Below are positions 19,004 through 32,709 of a stretch of DNA of 64,000 nt, piece after piece. The DNA lies in NCBI GenBank assembly GCA_964016885.1, contig OZ024750.1, positions 51,212,001-51,276,000 of the forward strand, in the 5' to 3' direction. Every line of letters begins with the position of its first letter. Position 1 is the first letter of the stretch. The translations under genes were made by a program, and so were the position numbers. The stretch comes from Eledone cirrhosa (lineage: Eukaryota). The notes under the pieces were generated by a model. That model saw only the letters and a program-made list of their open reading frames with translations. It was not told the DNA's origin and searched no databases.

Positions 19004-19194
19004 GTGTAGATAAATCTACCAAAAGTTTACGGTAGTGTCCAATCCGTATGAAGAACTCAATATAATCCGGATATCATGAAAAGAGAAGATGCATTCAAAA
19101 ACTACTTTCGGTGAAAAATAAACGGAAAACAGAGTCAAGATAAATTAATAAAATAATGAATAAACAAAGAAACAGTTCCTTATATTAAAAAAAT

Positions 19195-19336
19195 TCATCA
19201 TTTTACGATCGTTTCTAGGATATATATCTGTTAGAGTTGGTATGCATATTCTATAGATCTATGTACAATATTTATACAAACTATCCGAGGGAATATACAT
19301 ACCTACACATATATATGCTGTCTTCAGAAATAATGA
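19195..19336 (-). ncRNA. Hammerhead ribozyme with extended stem II
   Basis: Reverse complement of 20173-20314. Confidence 0.7.
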
Positions 19337-20041
19337 TATTTGTTTATTGAAAAAAAACAAAGATTCAATACAATAGGTCTGTTTGGGAACAGGTTTTGAA
19401 TTGACCAATAGAGAGATAGTGAGGGTCAAGATAGTAATATTGTAGTAGAAGAACCTTAAATTATGGGTAGAGGAAGGTGGATTTTAGTTTTGGATGGAAA
19501 AGAATATTATGAATGAAGGATTATTTTAGGGAAGAAATAGGTCTTATGCTGACCTCAGAAGTAATTTTATTTGTTCATTGAATAAAACCAACAAAGATCT
19601 AATATATTCTGTCTGTTTGGTAAGAGGTTTAGAATTAACCAATAGAAAGTTAATAATTGGCCAAATGGTAAAATAGTAGTAATTGAAGCTTATTTTAGGG
19701 GTGAAAATATGTCAGGTGGTCAGTAAAAGGTATACACGCAGTTGCTGTTATAAAATAGTAATGTCAATGCAAATATCTAAGGAGACTAAAGTGTTAGTGA
19801 AAAAAATACATCTATGAAAAGAATATAAATTAATTTAATTGATGGGTATATTTATATTGATAAAATTATACTAATACATATAGATATGATAAATAAGAGT
19901 TAGATGCATTGAAAAGTGCTGTTAAAGAAGAGGGGAAATTAAAAGAATATAAAAATAATATATATATATACACATATATATATATATACATATATACACA
20001 TACACACACACACACATACAGACATATATATATATATACAT

Positions 20042-20134
<93 letters not shown>

Positions 20135-20172
20135 TATATACATATACATAGATAAATGTTAAGAAACAAATA

Positions 20173-20314
20173 TCATTATTTCTGAAGACAGCATATATAT
20201 GTGTAGGTATGTATATTCCCTCTGATAGTTTGTATAAATATTCTACATAGATCTATAGAATATGCATACCAACTCTAACACATATATATCCTAGAAACGA
20301 TCGTAAAATGATGA
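20173..20314 (+). ncRNA. Hammerhead ribozyme with extended (about 105 nt) stem II
   Basis: TCATTATTT CTGAAGA [long hairpin] GAAA C-GATC-G TA AAATGATGA. Confidence 0.7.
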
Positions 20315-20366
20315 ATTTTTTTAATATAAGGAACTGTTTCTTTGTTTATTCATTATTTTATTAATT

Positions 20367-20397
<31 letters not shown>

Positions 20398-20465
20398 ATA
20401 TATAGTGAAAACTGGAACGAGAACGAAAAGAGAGGCAGTACAAACAAAGGTTTATTAGTTTCACG

Positions 20466-20557
<92 letters not shown>

Positions 20558-20789
20558 GAGCACAGGAATGGTGGCTTTCCCCTAATAATTCTTGCGAAAC
20601 AGATTTTAGATCTGTCCGGGAATCAAAGGCTATTGCCCAATATAGGTCTGTTATTGTTATTGATTTATTACTTTAAATCGAGACAGGCAAACCATATTGT
20701 TTTAAATTAGTATTTTTTCAACCTAGCTAACTTGGTCATTTACAGTTGGAACACATGTATACTTGTATCGGTGTTCATTCATCTCATAT

Positions 20790-21730
20790 ATTCAATTATA
20801 TATTCTAATATAGAGAAAAACGAAAAACAAATTAGAAAATTCCTCAAGGACTACTACAACCTTAACATCACCTTTGAAAACACTTCAAAAGTAGCTAACT
20901 TCCTTGACGTTACCTTAGACCTCTCAATGAATATTTATCAACCTTACCACAAACCCAACCAGAATCTACAGTATGTACATTCATGCTCTAACCACCCTGG
21001 CTCTATACTCAAAAACTTAGTATATAACATGTCTCTTAGACTTTCTGAATTATCTTCCAATAAAGATATATTTTATAAAAATACGGGGTCGATAAAGTAC
21101 CAGAAATGTACTGGGTAATTGCTGGCCTTGTGCCAAAAGTAGAAACAATTATATTATATTATTATATTATATTTCATTATCTTATTAAAATTTTCATCTT
21201 TCAATATAGTATCTTCCCTAGTCATTACCATGATTTATATTCACCTAAAAACTCCATACAACACAACTCAACTTTTAATTTTTACATTCCTTTTAAACTT
21301 TACTATACCATATACATTCAACTATCAATATAACAATCCCTTTTTTTATCATAGGTTCTTTATAGAAATTCTATTTTTAACACCATTCAACCATTCCTTT
21401 CAAAGGGTCATGACCACAACTAAAGTGAGTTATTTTTCATCTTAACATCATATGGGAAAAAAGCAATTTGATTGGTTTATTCTTCAGTTACCTCCAAATA
21501 AGCTCATAGAGCTCAATTTACTACTGATTTTGAATAAAATTCTCATTGCTTTTGCCAACAGCTGATAATATACATGTAAGTAAATATATTCCTTATCTGA
21601 TATTTTGTAACTAACCTTGCATGGATTGATAACGGAATATGCGTACGATGTATTATTATCACCTAGAAACGATCGTAAAGCAGTGAAGCATATTTCTAAT
21701 GACTTGAATTTTTATTTCATTGTTTTAACT
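20790..21730 (+). pseudogene. PLE fragment (RT thumb region) with SINE 3' fragment at 21082-21150 and decayed HHR-pLTR at about 21543-21684
   Basis: VANFLDVTLDL..YQPYHKPNQNLQYVHSCSNHP..LRLSELSSNKDIF; ctaGAAACGATCGTAaagcagtga. Confidence 0.8.
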
Positions 21731-21749
21731 TATATATATATATATATAT

Positions 21750-22720
21750 ATATAAATATATATTACAACAGGTAATTTAAGTAAGGATATATTGTGGGAT
21801 GAGCATGAATGAGTTAGATGAAAGGGAGAAAAGAATAATGAATTGAGGATGAATAATTTAACGTCAAAAAAATGTTTATGTTTACGAAGGATTTTTACAA
21901 GGTGATATAGAGTAAGAATGTATTGTATTATGTAATAATTGATTCTATGTTAGGCAACAGTGAGAAAAGGTACAGATTAGGGGTTAGACATTAAAAGAAA
22001 AAGAGAAGAAAGGGAAGTGATAAATAGGAGCGATATAGAATGAGTAACAAGTATTATAGAGACAGTAACAGGTATTATATAATGTATAATAAAAACTTTG
22101 TAATAAGGTAGAAAGATGGGTATATTTTTATAGAAGTGTATATATATATATGTGCCTTTGAGAAAAAGATTCTAAATTGATAAAGTTTTGGATATTAGCT
22201 GTATACTTTGTGGAATGTTTTGTGGAATTTATGCAAGCAGATAGAAAACAAGTCAGTGCGTCTATTTATTATAGAATCTAAATTAGATATAATGGTAAAT
22301 TTTTCATTTAGACAGAGATTGCAAATCTTGGATAGAGAACTGTTCAAGTATGGAGACGCAGAAGAAACCTTCTTCCAAAAGATGCTATATTTAATATTTT
22401 TGTCTTTCAAGGACCATATGAGTTCTGAGAGAGCCGTGTTGGTTCTTTTAAGTTTGGTACTTTTCATATGTTGATTTAAAACTGCACTATCCACAAGTGT
22501 TTTTTAATCTTCATATCATGTCTTCCTGTTTTATCTGATGAAAACACAAATATCATTGCATGATGATGTTTGTTTTTGAAATGCGCATAATAAAATACAT
22601 GGAACTCTTTTAACGATCTTTTGTTCTTATATATTATGTATACTCCAGTCCTACAAACTGTAGAGTGCTTCTTATCCGATATCTGCATTGCTTTATTGTA
22701 CTACAATAAAACTCACCTCC
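21750..22720 (-). mobile_element. 5'-truncated PLE: GIY-YIG C-terminus (22195-22494) plus inverted pLTR
   Basis: TALSELIWSLK..YSIFW..CNLCLNEKFTI..NRRTDLFSICLH. Confidence 0.85.
22527..22597 (+). ncRNA. Type I hammerhead ribozyme
   Basis: TGTTTTAT CTGATGA AAACACAAATATCAT..ATGATGTTTGTTTTT GAAA T-GCGC-A TA ATAAAATA. Confidence 0.8.
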
Positions 22721-22822
<102 letters not shown>

Positions 22823-22849
22823 CTAAAACCTCGTTTTACGTTTCCTATG

Positions 22850-23780
22850 CCAATGTAAACTCAACAAATTTAATATTACGACAATTTATAATCCCAAGAA
22901 AAAATAATTCTTATTTCTTGCTCGTGTTCGACATTTCCCGCTTAGAGTTGAACCTATTTAGAAGGAATGTCGAAAATGTATCCGACTTTATTTTTTCCCG
23001 TGAAATGTTAAGACGTTAAGGAGCCAAGGGCGGGTCGACTGAAGCCCCATTCCTTCATGCGCATGTGTGGATATTGGCTTGCTCATTGGATGAATCAGTC
23101 GTTGTGAAGCAGCTAGCGTATGAGATGCTGTATCTACTCGTCGCATTTTCATTTCTCCCCATACTACAAAGATCCTGTGTTCAGCAAACCTCAATTGTTC
23201 AGCCAATGTCCCCAATATCTAATAAAGCTTGTCAGGAGAGCATAACAGTTAAGGTTGTGCTGACTGTTTTATTTGAAGTCCGAGACGTTGTGCATCACAT
23301 ATGTGCACTAGAAGGACAAACAGTTATAAGGGAGACTATTAGGGATTCTCAGACGTCTTCATGATAGAGTTTGTCACAAAAGGCTGGATATATGGGCCTC
23401 ACAGACTAGCACCCTCATTATGACAATACACCAACTAATTCGTTGCAGTTGATTCATGATTCCTTTGCGTAGAAAGGAATTTCACTCACTCACCAAGCTT
23501 TCTACTCTCCAGACATGTTTCTTTCTGACTCCTGATTGCTTCCAAAAATGGAGACTGAAAGGCACCCACTTTAAATGCCGAGAGGACATCATGCCGACTG
23601 CAACGAGGGGGCTGAAAGCCATTCCGAAAGAAAAATTGCGGGCGTTCTTCGAACAATACAAGGTAGGTAAAGTAGGTATGTCCATGCACAAGGGTCCTAC
23701 TTCAAAGGGATTAGCATTTGAAATCCATGAAATACGTAATTTTTGTTCCCATCATCAGGCCAATTACTTTTTTTACGGAT
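22850..23780 (+). mobile_element. Decayed mariner (Tc1/mariner) transposase
   Basis: Fragments VLTVLFEVRDVVHHICALEGQTV, HYDNTP (from HHDNAP), YSPD, LKGTHF..EDI..LKAIPKE..FEQ across frames. Confidence 0.7.
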
Positions 23781-24339
23781 ATATAAGGAACCAACTCTTT
23801 CCTTCATTAGTGTATACAGAAAAAGGAAGAAGTTGGTCACACTTAGAGCAATGGAGTATTTGCTCGTACTATTACACTTGTATTTGGATTACTTAATGTA
23901 CATTATTCTCTATTACTTCAGTAGCCTTTACATCCCGTCCTGTCACCTAAATGTAGAGCAATAACATTACACAATAAACTAAGGATTGATCGGGGTACGT
24001 TGAGTAAATACAAAATTTTGTATTGAAGTCATTTCGTCTTGAATTCTCGACTATAAAATCTATCGAGAATCAATCTAACAAAATAAATGTTGCCATGAAA
24101 AATTCAGGTCAGCGTTCATATTTGAAACTAATAATCACAGTCATTAATATCATTGTTATATTGAAAACGAACAGACGAACTTACGTTACACTAGATTTGT
24201 TATACTGGATAGTTCACTGAACCTCTCTGTCCTTCAAATCTCAGTTCATTGCAAACCTGTGTAGATAATGAAGTCCATTTCACCAAACACTACTTCAGTC
24301 TATCGATGAGAAAGTTATTTCCTTCAAGTTTAGCGTCAG

Positions 24340-24520
24340 ACACCATATTCTGCAGCATAGTTATGATCCTTTACGTTATAAGTTCAAATCCCACCGCAGT
24401 TAGTTTTGCCTTTCATCTTTACGGGGTCGATAAAATAAAATACTAGTCACGCACTGGGGTCGATTTAATCGACTTTCCCCTCCTCTATAAGTGTTGGCCT
24501 TGTGTCTAAAGTAGAACAAG
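24340..24520 (+). mobile_element. Diverged tRNA-SINE
   Basis: AGTTCAAATCCC..TTTGCCTTTCATCTTTACGGGGTCGATAAAAT..GGCCTTGTG. Confidence 0.75.
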
Positions 24521-24599
24521 TATAGTTATGACATTGAGTAAGTTGGTTATAGAACTTTTATTGAGTTGGTTATAGTGACTGGTAGCATCAGTCCAAGCT

Positions 24600-25110
24600 A
24601 CACTGGCAACATTCCAGCATTATGCAAGCAATAGAATATATTAACGTTGACTGGGAAGACGCTTTAAACGTACTTATTTCATTGGGTTTGAGAAAACATT
24701 GTGCCCAGTTGTAGTTGAGGAAAGCCATAGGGTGGGAGATGAAATAATCCCAATCAGCCTTTTACAACTGGGGAAGGAAGTAGAATTTGAAGAAATTGAT
24801 ACGGGGGATATTTATTGTCTGCTGATAATGAAAACATCGCCTATGTCGTGCTAAAAAGAGTTAACCAAACTACAAAAGTCTAGTTGAGAAAGCGTAGAAG
24901 AGACTCTTCCAAAACTGATTTTAACAACAGAGATCTTATCTAAAAGTTTAAGCGAAACAATTCACGTTTTAGATCGCCTTTCAGAAAATTTTCCAAACTT
25001 TGGACGAAGCATGAAAGTTAGTTTTGTAGCAACAGCTTTGAATCATTGTAGAAAAAATAGACGTTTATAAAAAGTAGACAGTCAACACCTGATGCCATTT
25101 TTAGAAGAGG
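24600..25110 (+). mobile_element. Possible pogo/Tigger transposase C-terminal remnant
   Basis: EFEEID..DI and PNFGRSMKV resemble Tigger C-termini; highly decayed. Confidence 0.3.
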
Positions 25111-25799
25111 AAAGTAGTATCACATTTATTTTTATTGTTTCGATTCTTTTACCTATTGCATAAACTAATGAAATTGGTATATATATTTTTATAGAATTTT
25201 ATTCAAAGGATTATTTTCTATATATAATTTGTATATTTTTTTATGAGTTTCATATATTTTTATTCAAAGGATCTTTATTACAAGCATATGAGCTTTGCAG
25301 AGAAACTGTATTTTAAATAAGTATACATTTATTTTAGTAATAAAATTAACTGTATTAAAACATCTATTTTACCTGCATATGATGATGATGTTTCTGATGA
25401 GGAAATAAAAAGAGCATCACATTTATTTCGTTAATTGAAGTATTGGTATAACTGCAGAAGACATGCGAAGGTGATAAAATGAAGTGAGTATACTCCGGTG
25501 GATGTATAAAGTTAATGTGCATGGCCGAGGTAGCATAAGCCAGTTGAGAGAAACACTTGGCATATAATTAATTGGATGTAGTGCGTAAGAAATAAGACTG
25601 CGCTGGTATGAACATATGATGCAAATGTAATATGGCAGCGGCATATAAAATGCAGTCGATGATATTCGTGAGATGTGGTAGACCCCGGAAGCCACGAGTT
25701 TGTAGTGAGGGCTGCTCTTAAGAAGCATAAGATAACAAATGACTCAGCATAAGTTAACAAAGGACTGTGAAGATTGGTGTTATGTTGTGCTTGTGAAGA

Positions 25800-26003
25800 T
25801 AGAAAGAACACCCAGTCTTAGAAACTTGCCAAATGGTCGGTTAAACTCGTCAGCTGTCTAAAGAATATGATAACTTCCCTACGCAGGGTCGTATGTTGAG
25901 ACCCCAGCCCACTTGGAGGTCAGAGGCTCCGCTTAGGTACTCACCTGTCTGTAATAACACGTCTAACCCTTGTTAGCATGGAAATTGAAAATTAAACGAT
26001 GAT

Positions 26004-26005
<2 letters not shown>
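25800..26005 (+). mobile_element. SINE remnant with RTE-type tail
   Basis: aacccttgttagcatggaaa..ttaaacgatgat tail. Confidence 0.45.
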
Positions 26006-26072
<67 letters not shown>

Positions 26073-26491
26073 ATTGAGTCAAATAGGTAAAATTTGGCTT
26101 CGTTTATTATAAATTATAGATATACTGCTTTATAAATTCCGGTGACAGCCATCATTGGCTGTGATCTCTTCAGGTAGTCCGAATTGGTGTGGGAAAGACA
26201 GGTACACATGTTGTTGAAAGGTGTTTTACTCCGTCAATACAACCATATGTCCAGCTCCTGGTTGTGTTGTTATTTTCTTGAGGAACTGGAATCATATAAG
26301 TTAGAACAAACTAATTTCGGCGTCATAGGACACGCTCGCATCCCATAGGGAGGGCAAAAAGAAAAGTACGGCTCTTTTCGAACTGATCTGTACCCTCGAT
26401 CGACTCCTACAGAAACACATACTTATACATATGACCATACATAGATACTGTTGTTTAAAATAATACATACATAGATACTTGCATGTATGTG

Positions 26492-26555
<64 letters not shown>

Positions 26556-26685
26556 AAAGTTATATTTAATTTGTTAGGATTCAACAAGCTTGAAAGTTTT
26601 ATAATTTATATAAAGCACTCAAAAGATTACTGGAGTAAATATTCAATATATTAATAAATGGAAACTATATTTATAAAACCATAAT

Positions 26686-26751
26686 TATTTTTTTATATAT
26701 ATTTCAAGAGCAACCAAAGCAAATTTTGGTGCGCTTTCATCAGATAAAATA
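26686..26751 (-). ncRNA. Type I hammerhead ribozyme in inverted pLTR
   Basis: Minus strand: TATTTTAT CTGATGA AAGCGCACCAAA..TTTGGTTGCTCTT GAAA T-ATAT-A TA AAAAAATA. Confidence 0.75.
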
Positions 26752-26986
26752 CAAAATTTGTTTTATAAATGTTGACATACCCACGGAAAAACAACCTTGA
26801 CGGTTGAAGGTTCTCTGGATAGCGGAAAATCTTTTTTATTTAGGGTAATTCAAAGTTATGTGTGAGTATGCAAATGAAGTTATATAACTTTTAAGCTTGT
26901 TGAATCCCAATAAATTAAATATAACTTTTGCATATATTTAGCTCCTTTATTGTTGAGTACTTTAAATTATAACTGATAATTAAATA

Positions 26987-29436
26987 ATGAAATTCTTTAA
27001 GATCTCTTCTGCTTTAAAAGACATACCTTTACCTAGAAATAAGGACTATCTTAAACAATTTATTGAGAAATCGGACTCCTTTATAAGAAGACTCAGATGG
27101 CGTGCTTTTCATTTCGATAGAAAATCAGATGAAAATCCAAATAAATCCAACTTCGATATGATCTTCAAATCCAAGAAAAATCCACCTAGCAACAAATTAT
27201 TAATGGAATTTGAAAATGAAATTATTTCAATCAAACAAAACATTAAATTCAAGCAAAAACAATTTGTAGGCCAGGAATACCTTAAAGGTCTTAAGAATTA
27301 TATAGAAAATCTTGAAAGAACTGAAAAAATTCTTGTTAAATCTGACAAAACCAACAATCTATATGGAATGCAAAAGGACAAGTATAATAATCTTATAGTG
27401 AAGGAATTAAGGAAAAACTACAAGAGAGCAACCAATGATGACCATGAAAGGCTAAATAGAGAAGCTTCTAATATAATTAAAAAAATAGGCATCGAAAATA
27501 GGACTGGACCCTTTATACCTGAAAAAAAAATTTATTTGAAAGACCACAAAAGAAACTTTGAAATAGAATTACCAATTAGACTTATAGCACCATCTAAATC
27601 AGACCTAGACATAGTTAGTAAAAATATATTATATAGAATCATACTGCAACTTAAAGAAATATCTTACTTAAAATTATGGAATGGAACTAATGAAGTTAGA
27701 TTGGTTTAAGGACATAAAATATAAGCATAACAAAAAATTCATTCAATTAGATATTGCTAATTACTACTCATCTATCACTCCTAATTTACTTAATAAAGCC
27801 CTTATATATACATCTAAATATACTGATCTATACTGATTAAATGCATATAATTTTAACTGCACGTAAACCCTTAATTAAATTTAACAACCATCTTTGGACT
27901 AGAGCAGATAGGGATAACAATTTCGATATCACTATAGGGTCATCGGACTCGGCGCAATTAACGGATCTTGTGTGGCTTTTTATTAACAATGCATTATATA
28001 GAAAACTACCGGAGATGACCGGTGGTTTATATCGTGATGATATGTTGTTGCTAATTGAAAATAATAATAATTGTGAAATCAATAGAAAAAGAAAATCAAT
28101 AATACAATTTTTTAATAGCTTTAATCTTAAGTTAGAAATAGAGAATAATTATGAAATAGTTAACTTTTTAGATGTAACATAAAATCAATAAGAATTTAAA
28201 TTATGTTAACTTTAACTCTAATCACCGTAGATCTGTTAAGAACACCATCGTAAATTCCGTACAGCAAAGTATTTCTAGAATCTCAGCGAATAAAAATATA
28301 TTTGAAGATAAGGCACAATATTATAACGAAGCTTTAAGTAGAGAAGGCTATGATAATTGTTTCTACTTTTGGCACAAGTCCAGCAATTACACAGTACATT
28401 ACTGGTAGTTTATTTTATCGACCCCGTAAGGATGAAAGGCAAAGTTGACCTCGGCGGGATTTGGACTCAGTTCGTGAAGGGACGTAACTGTGCTGCAAAG
28501 CATGGCGTCTGACCCTCTACCGATACTGCCAATCCACCGCCCTAGAGCAGGCTATAATAATGAAATTAAATACATCGACAATAATGATACATCAATTAAC
28601 CCTAATTATAATTATAATTATAATTATAATAAGAAACCTAGCACAAACTCTAAAACTAAAAGAAGAAATAGAACTAGAAACATAATGTGGTACGCTCCCC
28701 CTTTCTCAATAAGTATTAAAACACCTTTAGCTAAACTATTTTTAAAGCTGTTGATAATTGTTTTCCCAAGGCACATAGATATTTTCAATCTTTAACAGAC
28801 ATACAATTAAACTATCATACTCTACTACTATGAATTTAGCACAGAATATAAATAGAATCAATAATAGAAATCTAAACCTTAACCAGATTAGCATTAATAC
28901 ATCTAGCAATATCCAATATAATAATACTGTTCCCAATAATTTAAATTCAGATAATTGTAATTGTAGAATTAAATCTAACTGTCCTTTAAAAATATAACTG
29001 TTTGGGTAAAAATGTGATTTATAAATGCAATGTCAAAACTAATGATAATTATTTTAACTATGTTGGCTCAACTTCTACAGACTTTAAATCTCGTTTCAAT
29101 AACCATAAATGTTCGTTTAGGAATATTGGTAAAAGATCTTCAACTTCTCTATCAAACTTATTATGGAACTTAAAATCCAAGAATATAAACTATTCTTTAT
29201 CTTGGAATATTGTTTCAAAAGCACCTGCCTACACAAACACAGCTTTATCCAAATTTTGCAACTTATGTGTTGAAGAAATATTCTTTATACTTAAATGTAA
29301 GAACTCCATTAATTTGCGTAATAATTTATTTAGTTCTTGTAAACATCGTTTAATTCAACTTTTAAATATATATATAAAATGTAATTACACGTTTAATCTT
29401 CCCTACATAATGTTTACTCTATCCAAACGCCTATAA
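26987..29436 (+). pseudogene. PLE RT plus GIY-YIG endonuclease ORF, frameshifted and SINE-interrupted
   Basis: RLRWRAF, KSDKTNN, LKDHK..PIRLI.PSKS, FIQLDIANYYSSI, FDITIGSSDSAQLTDLV, GGLYRDD, CNCR..CPL..CL, VIYKC..YVGST..FKSR..H, CNLC.EE, CKH. Confidence 0.92.
28355..28542 (-). mobile_element. tRNA-SINE inserted in the PLE ORF
   Basis: About 19-bp TSD: tagagaaggctatgataat / tagagcaggctataataat. Confidence 0.9.
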
Positions 29437-30661
29437 TCTCATTTCTTAAATTATATCCATATATGTTCAGAAATTTAATCTAATTCTAATTTTAATATCT
29501 TTTACTTCGTAAATATATATAATACACTTCTTAAATCTCTTAAATCTCTTCGGTCAACTAATATTTTAATATTGTTTGGATTTTATATTTTCCAATATTT
29601 TAACACTTTTAAATATTTTTAATATTTTAAATGTTTAAGTATTTTCAAATATTTCTGAATACTTCTTTATATTTTGAATAATCTTAGATGTTAATTATAA
29701 TTTATGAATAGTTTTTAAGCTTTTTAAAAGATTTTTGTGTATCTTTGGAGTCTTTTTGAGGTTTTGAGTTTTCTAAAAAATCTCTTGAAACTTCTTTATA
29801 GTTTTTTATAATCTGAATTTTTATAGTCTCAATGTTTATATTCTGAATTTTAAATGGTTTTAGTATATACATTTAATTAAGTATTTAATCTTTTGTAAAC
29901 TCGTAATTTGTTGTAATTTTTCTAAGTATTTAAGATTTGACCTACAACCGATAATAAATTCTAGCTAAATATATTTTTGTCAAACTTATCCCATAATAAC
30001 TAATAAATAAATAAAACTGGGTTCTCAATATTTTCCCAATGTAAAACTATCCTCTATAACATGACATACCCATCTATACCCATATATTCTTATTAATATA
30101 TTTTAATATATTTTAAACACATCTTTATTATAATATATTTTTTAATTTAACATTATTTTCAATTTATCAAAATTTTTAATTTATCATTATTTTTAATATA
30201 AATATAGCATAAAAGAATGATATATTTACGATTTACGTACTCATCCCCTGATAAACTTATTTCTTCGCTCGTTCTTCCTTAATTTTTCCCTCTTTCTTTC
30301 TCCCTTTTTTCTTCTTTTTTCTCTCTTTCTCTTTCTCTTTTTTCTTTTTTTCTTTTTTTCTTTTTTTCTTTTTTCTTCTTCCTTTTTTCTTCTCTCTTTC
30401 ACTTTTTCTCTGTTTTTTTCTATCTCTTCTTCCAACAGTATAATTTAAATAAACCCTTGTTTTTTCAACTCTTTCTGACATTCATTTGCATCACACATAA
30501 CTTTGAATTACCCTAAATAAAAAATTGGTTCCACTATCCAGAGAACCTTCAACCGTCAAGGTTGTTTTTCCGCGGGTATGTCAACATTTATAAAACAAAT
30601 TTTGTATTTTATCTGATAAAAGCGCACCAAAATTTACCTTGGTTGCCCTTGAAATATATAT

Positions 30662-30845
30662 AATTGTTTCTACTTTAGGCACAAGGCCAGCAATTACCCA
30701 ATGCATTACTGGTACTTTATTTTATCGACCCCGTAAGGATGAAAGGCAAAGTCAACCTCGGCGGGATTTGAACTCAGATCGTAAAGGGACGTAACTATGC
30801 TGGAAAGCATGGCGTCCGACCCTCTACCGATACTGCCAATCTACT
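30662..30845 (-). mobile_element. tRNA-SINE inserted in the 3' pLTR hammerhead
   Basis: 16-bp TSD ttgaaatatatataat (30649-30664 and 30846-30861). Confidence 0.9.
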
Positions 30846-30905
30846 TTGAAATATATATAATAAAATAATTATGGTTTTATAAATATAGTTTCCATTTATT
30901 AATAT

Positions 30906-31112
<207 letters not shown>

Positions 31113-31239
31113 AAAGTTATATTTAAATTGTTGAGTTACAACTAGTAAATATTTATAACTGATATAAAAGCACTCGACAAATATTTGGAGTATATTTACA
31201 ATATTAAATAAATGGAAACTATATTTATAAAACCATATT

Positions 31240-31305
31240 TATTTCATTATATATATTTCAGGGATATCATATTAACAATATGCTATGCCTTCCTCAGACA
31301 AAATA
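31240..31305 (-). ncRNA. Type I hammerhead ribozyme
   Basis: Minus strand: TATTTTGT CTGAGGA AGGCATAGCATATTG..AATATGATATCCCT GAAA T-ATAT-A TA ATGAAATA. Confidence 0.75.
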
Positions 31306-32709
31306 CAATATAAACAGTTTTATAGATAAATAAATTCTACATACCGTAACAACATCGACTTGTATTTGAAAAGGTTGATTTGGCAGTGAAAAAATTGTAC
31401 ACAGAGAGAAAGAAAGACAGAAAAAAAAAGGAAAGAAAGACAGAAAACGAAGAAAAAGAAGAAAAAGAAGAAATGCATGGAACAAAATAGAGAGATGGAA
31501 AGATAGATAAAGAGAAGAACTTCATGTAAAGAAACAGAAAGAGATATATATAGAGAGAGAGAGAGAGGAAATAGAGATAGATACATATATATAGAAAACT
31601 AGGTAGTGGGACGTCTGTTGAGTAAACGTATCAATGATACATTTATTTATTTATTTATTTATTTAGCTCTAGTATTAATGTAAGGGAGATATATGGAGAG
31701 AAACCAGCTGTTATATAGAGAGAGAAAAAATATAGAGAGAGAAAAAATATAGAGAGAGAAAAAATTTAAAAATAACCAGACATAGGCGAGGCGTAAAAAA
31801 CCCTATGTTTTAATGTTGAGGTATTAGTATTTATAAAAACCAGCCACTATATTGTAAATATCAGTATTCCTGAATGAGACATGTATCCATAATGTGTGAA
31901 AATTAATGATCTTATGTTTAGTTTTAAAAAAAAATTCATATGTTTATGTGATAACTACAAACATCTATGTGAATCTACATGATCAACTCTGCAAACCCTA
32001 AGTTCACGGAAAACATTCTCAATGTGGTATAAAAATGTAAGTATACATATATGTGTATATATATACACACAAATATATATAGAGTCAATATTACTATTCC
32101 TGTCTTTACTCTACAAGATTATCTATCAAGCAGAAATAGAGAGCAGATTTCAATATACTAATAAAAATATATATCAGAAATAAAACTAAAAAATAACAAT
32201 AATAATAATAAGTAATAATAAAATAGAAAACTAAAAAATATTACGAAAGAATATTACATATTAAAAATATTACATATTAAAAAATTTACATATTAAAAAT
32301 ATTAAAAATAAAAATATTAGAAAATACTACAATAATAAAAATAAAAATAAAAATAAACCACAAAGATCAACCCTTCAAATTTAATTGACAATATATTGCC
32401 AAGTTCATTATAAGCATCAGAGTCGAAAAACAGATAAAGCCAAAAATTATCTATCAAATCGCATCTAGCAAAGATCATTTCAAAAAGTTTAGGATGCCCA
32501 ATTTGGTCTACATGTGTTCTTATATTTAATATAGAAGTTTATCTAGTGTAACGTTTATTCGAAATATTTGGAGCATCAACTTTTAGGGTAGCTTAATTTT
32601 TCATGAAGAATGTTTAAATAAAAATAAAATAAAAATAAAAAGAATAAAAAGAAGGAATCAAAGATTTATCGGCTAGTTTCCCATATAATTATAAATCAAA
32701 CTAAATATA

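Larger units (their letters stand above)
19005..20370 (-). mobile_element. Non-coding PLE derivative with inverted pLTRs (19141-19345 and 20165-20370)
   Basis: About 205-bp inverted repeat, each arm with an HHR; (TA)n flanks. Confidence 0.75.

Noticed and set aside
20577-20622. Decayed HHR-like motif (CTAATAA..GAAACAGAT..ATCTGTC); similar relics at about 26124-26180 (-) and 44245-44290 (-)
   Set aside because: Core nucleotides mutated non-compensatorily; probably dead pLTR relics, not called as ribozymes.
25394-25410. CTGATGAGGAAA hammerhead-like core
   Set aside because: No stem II or helix I pairing.
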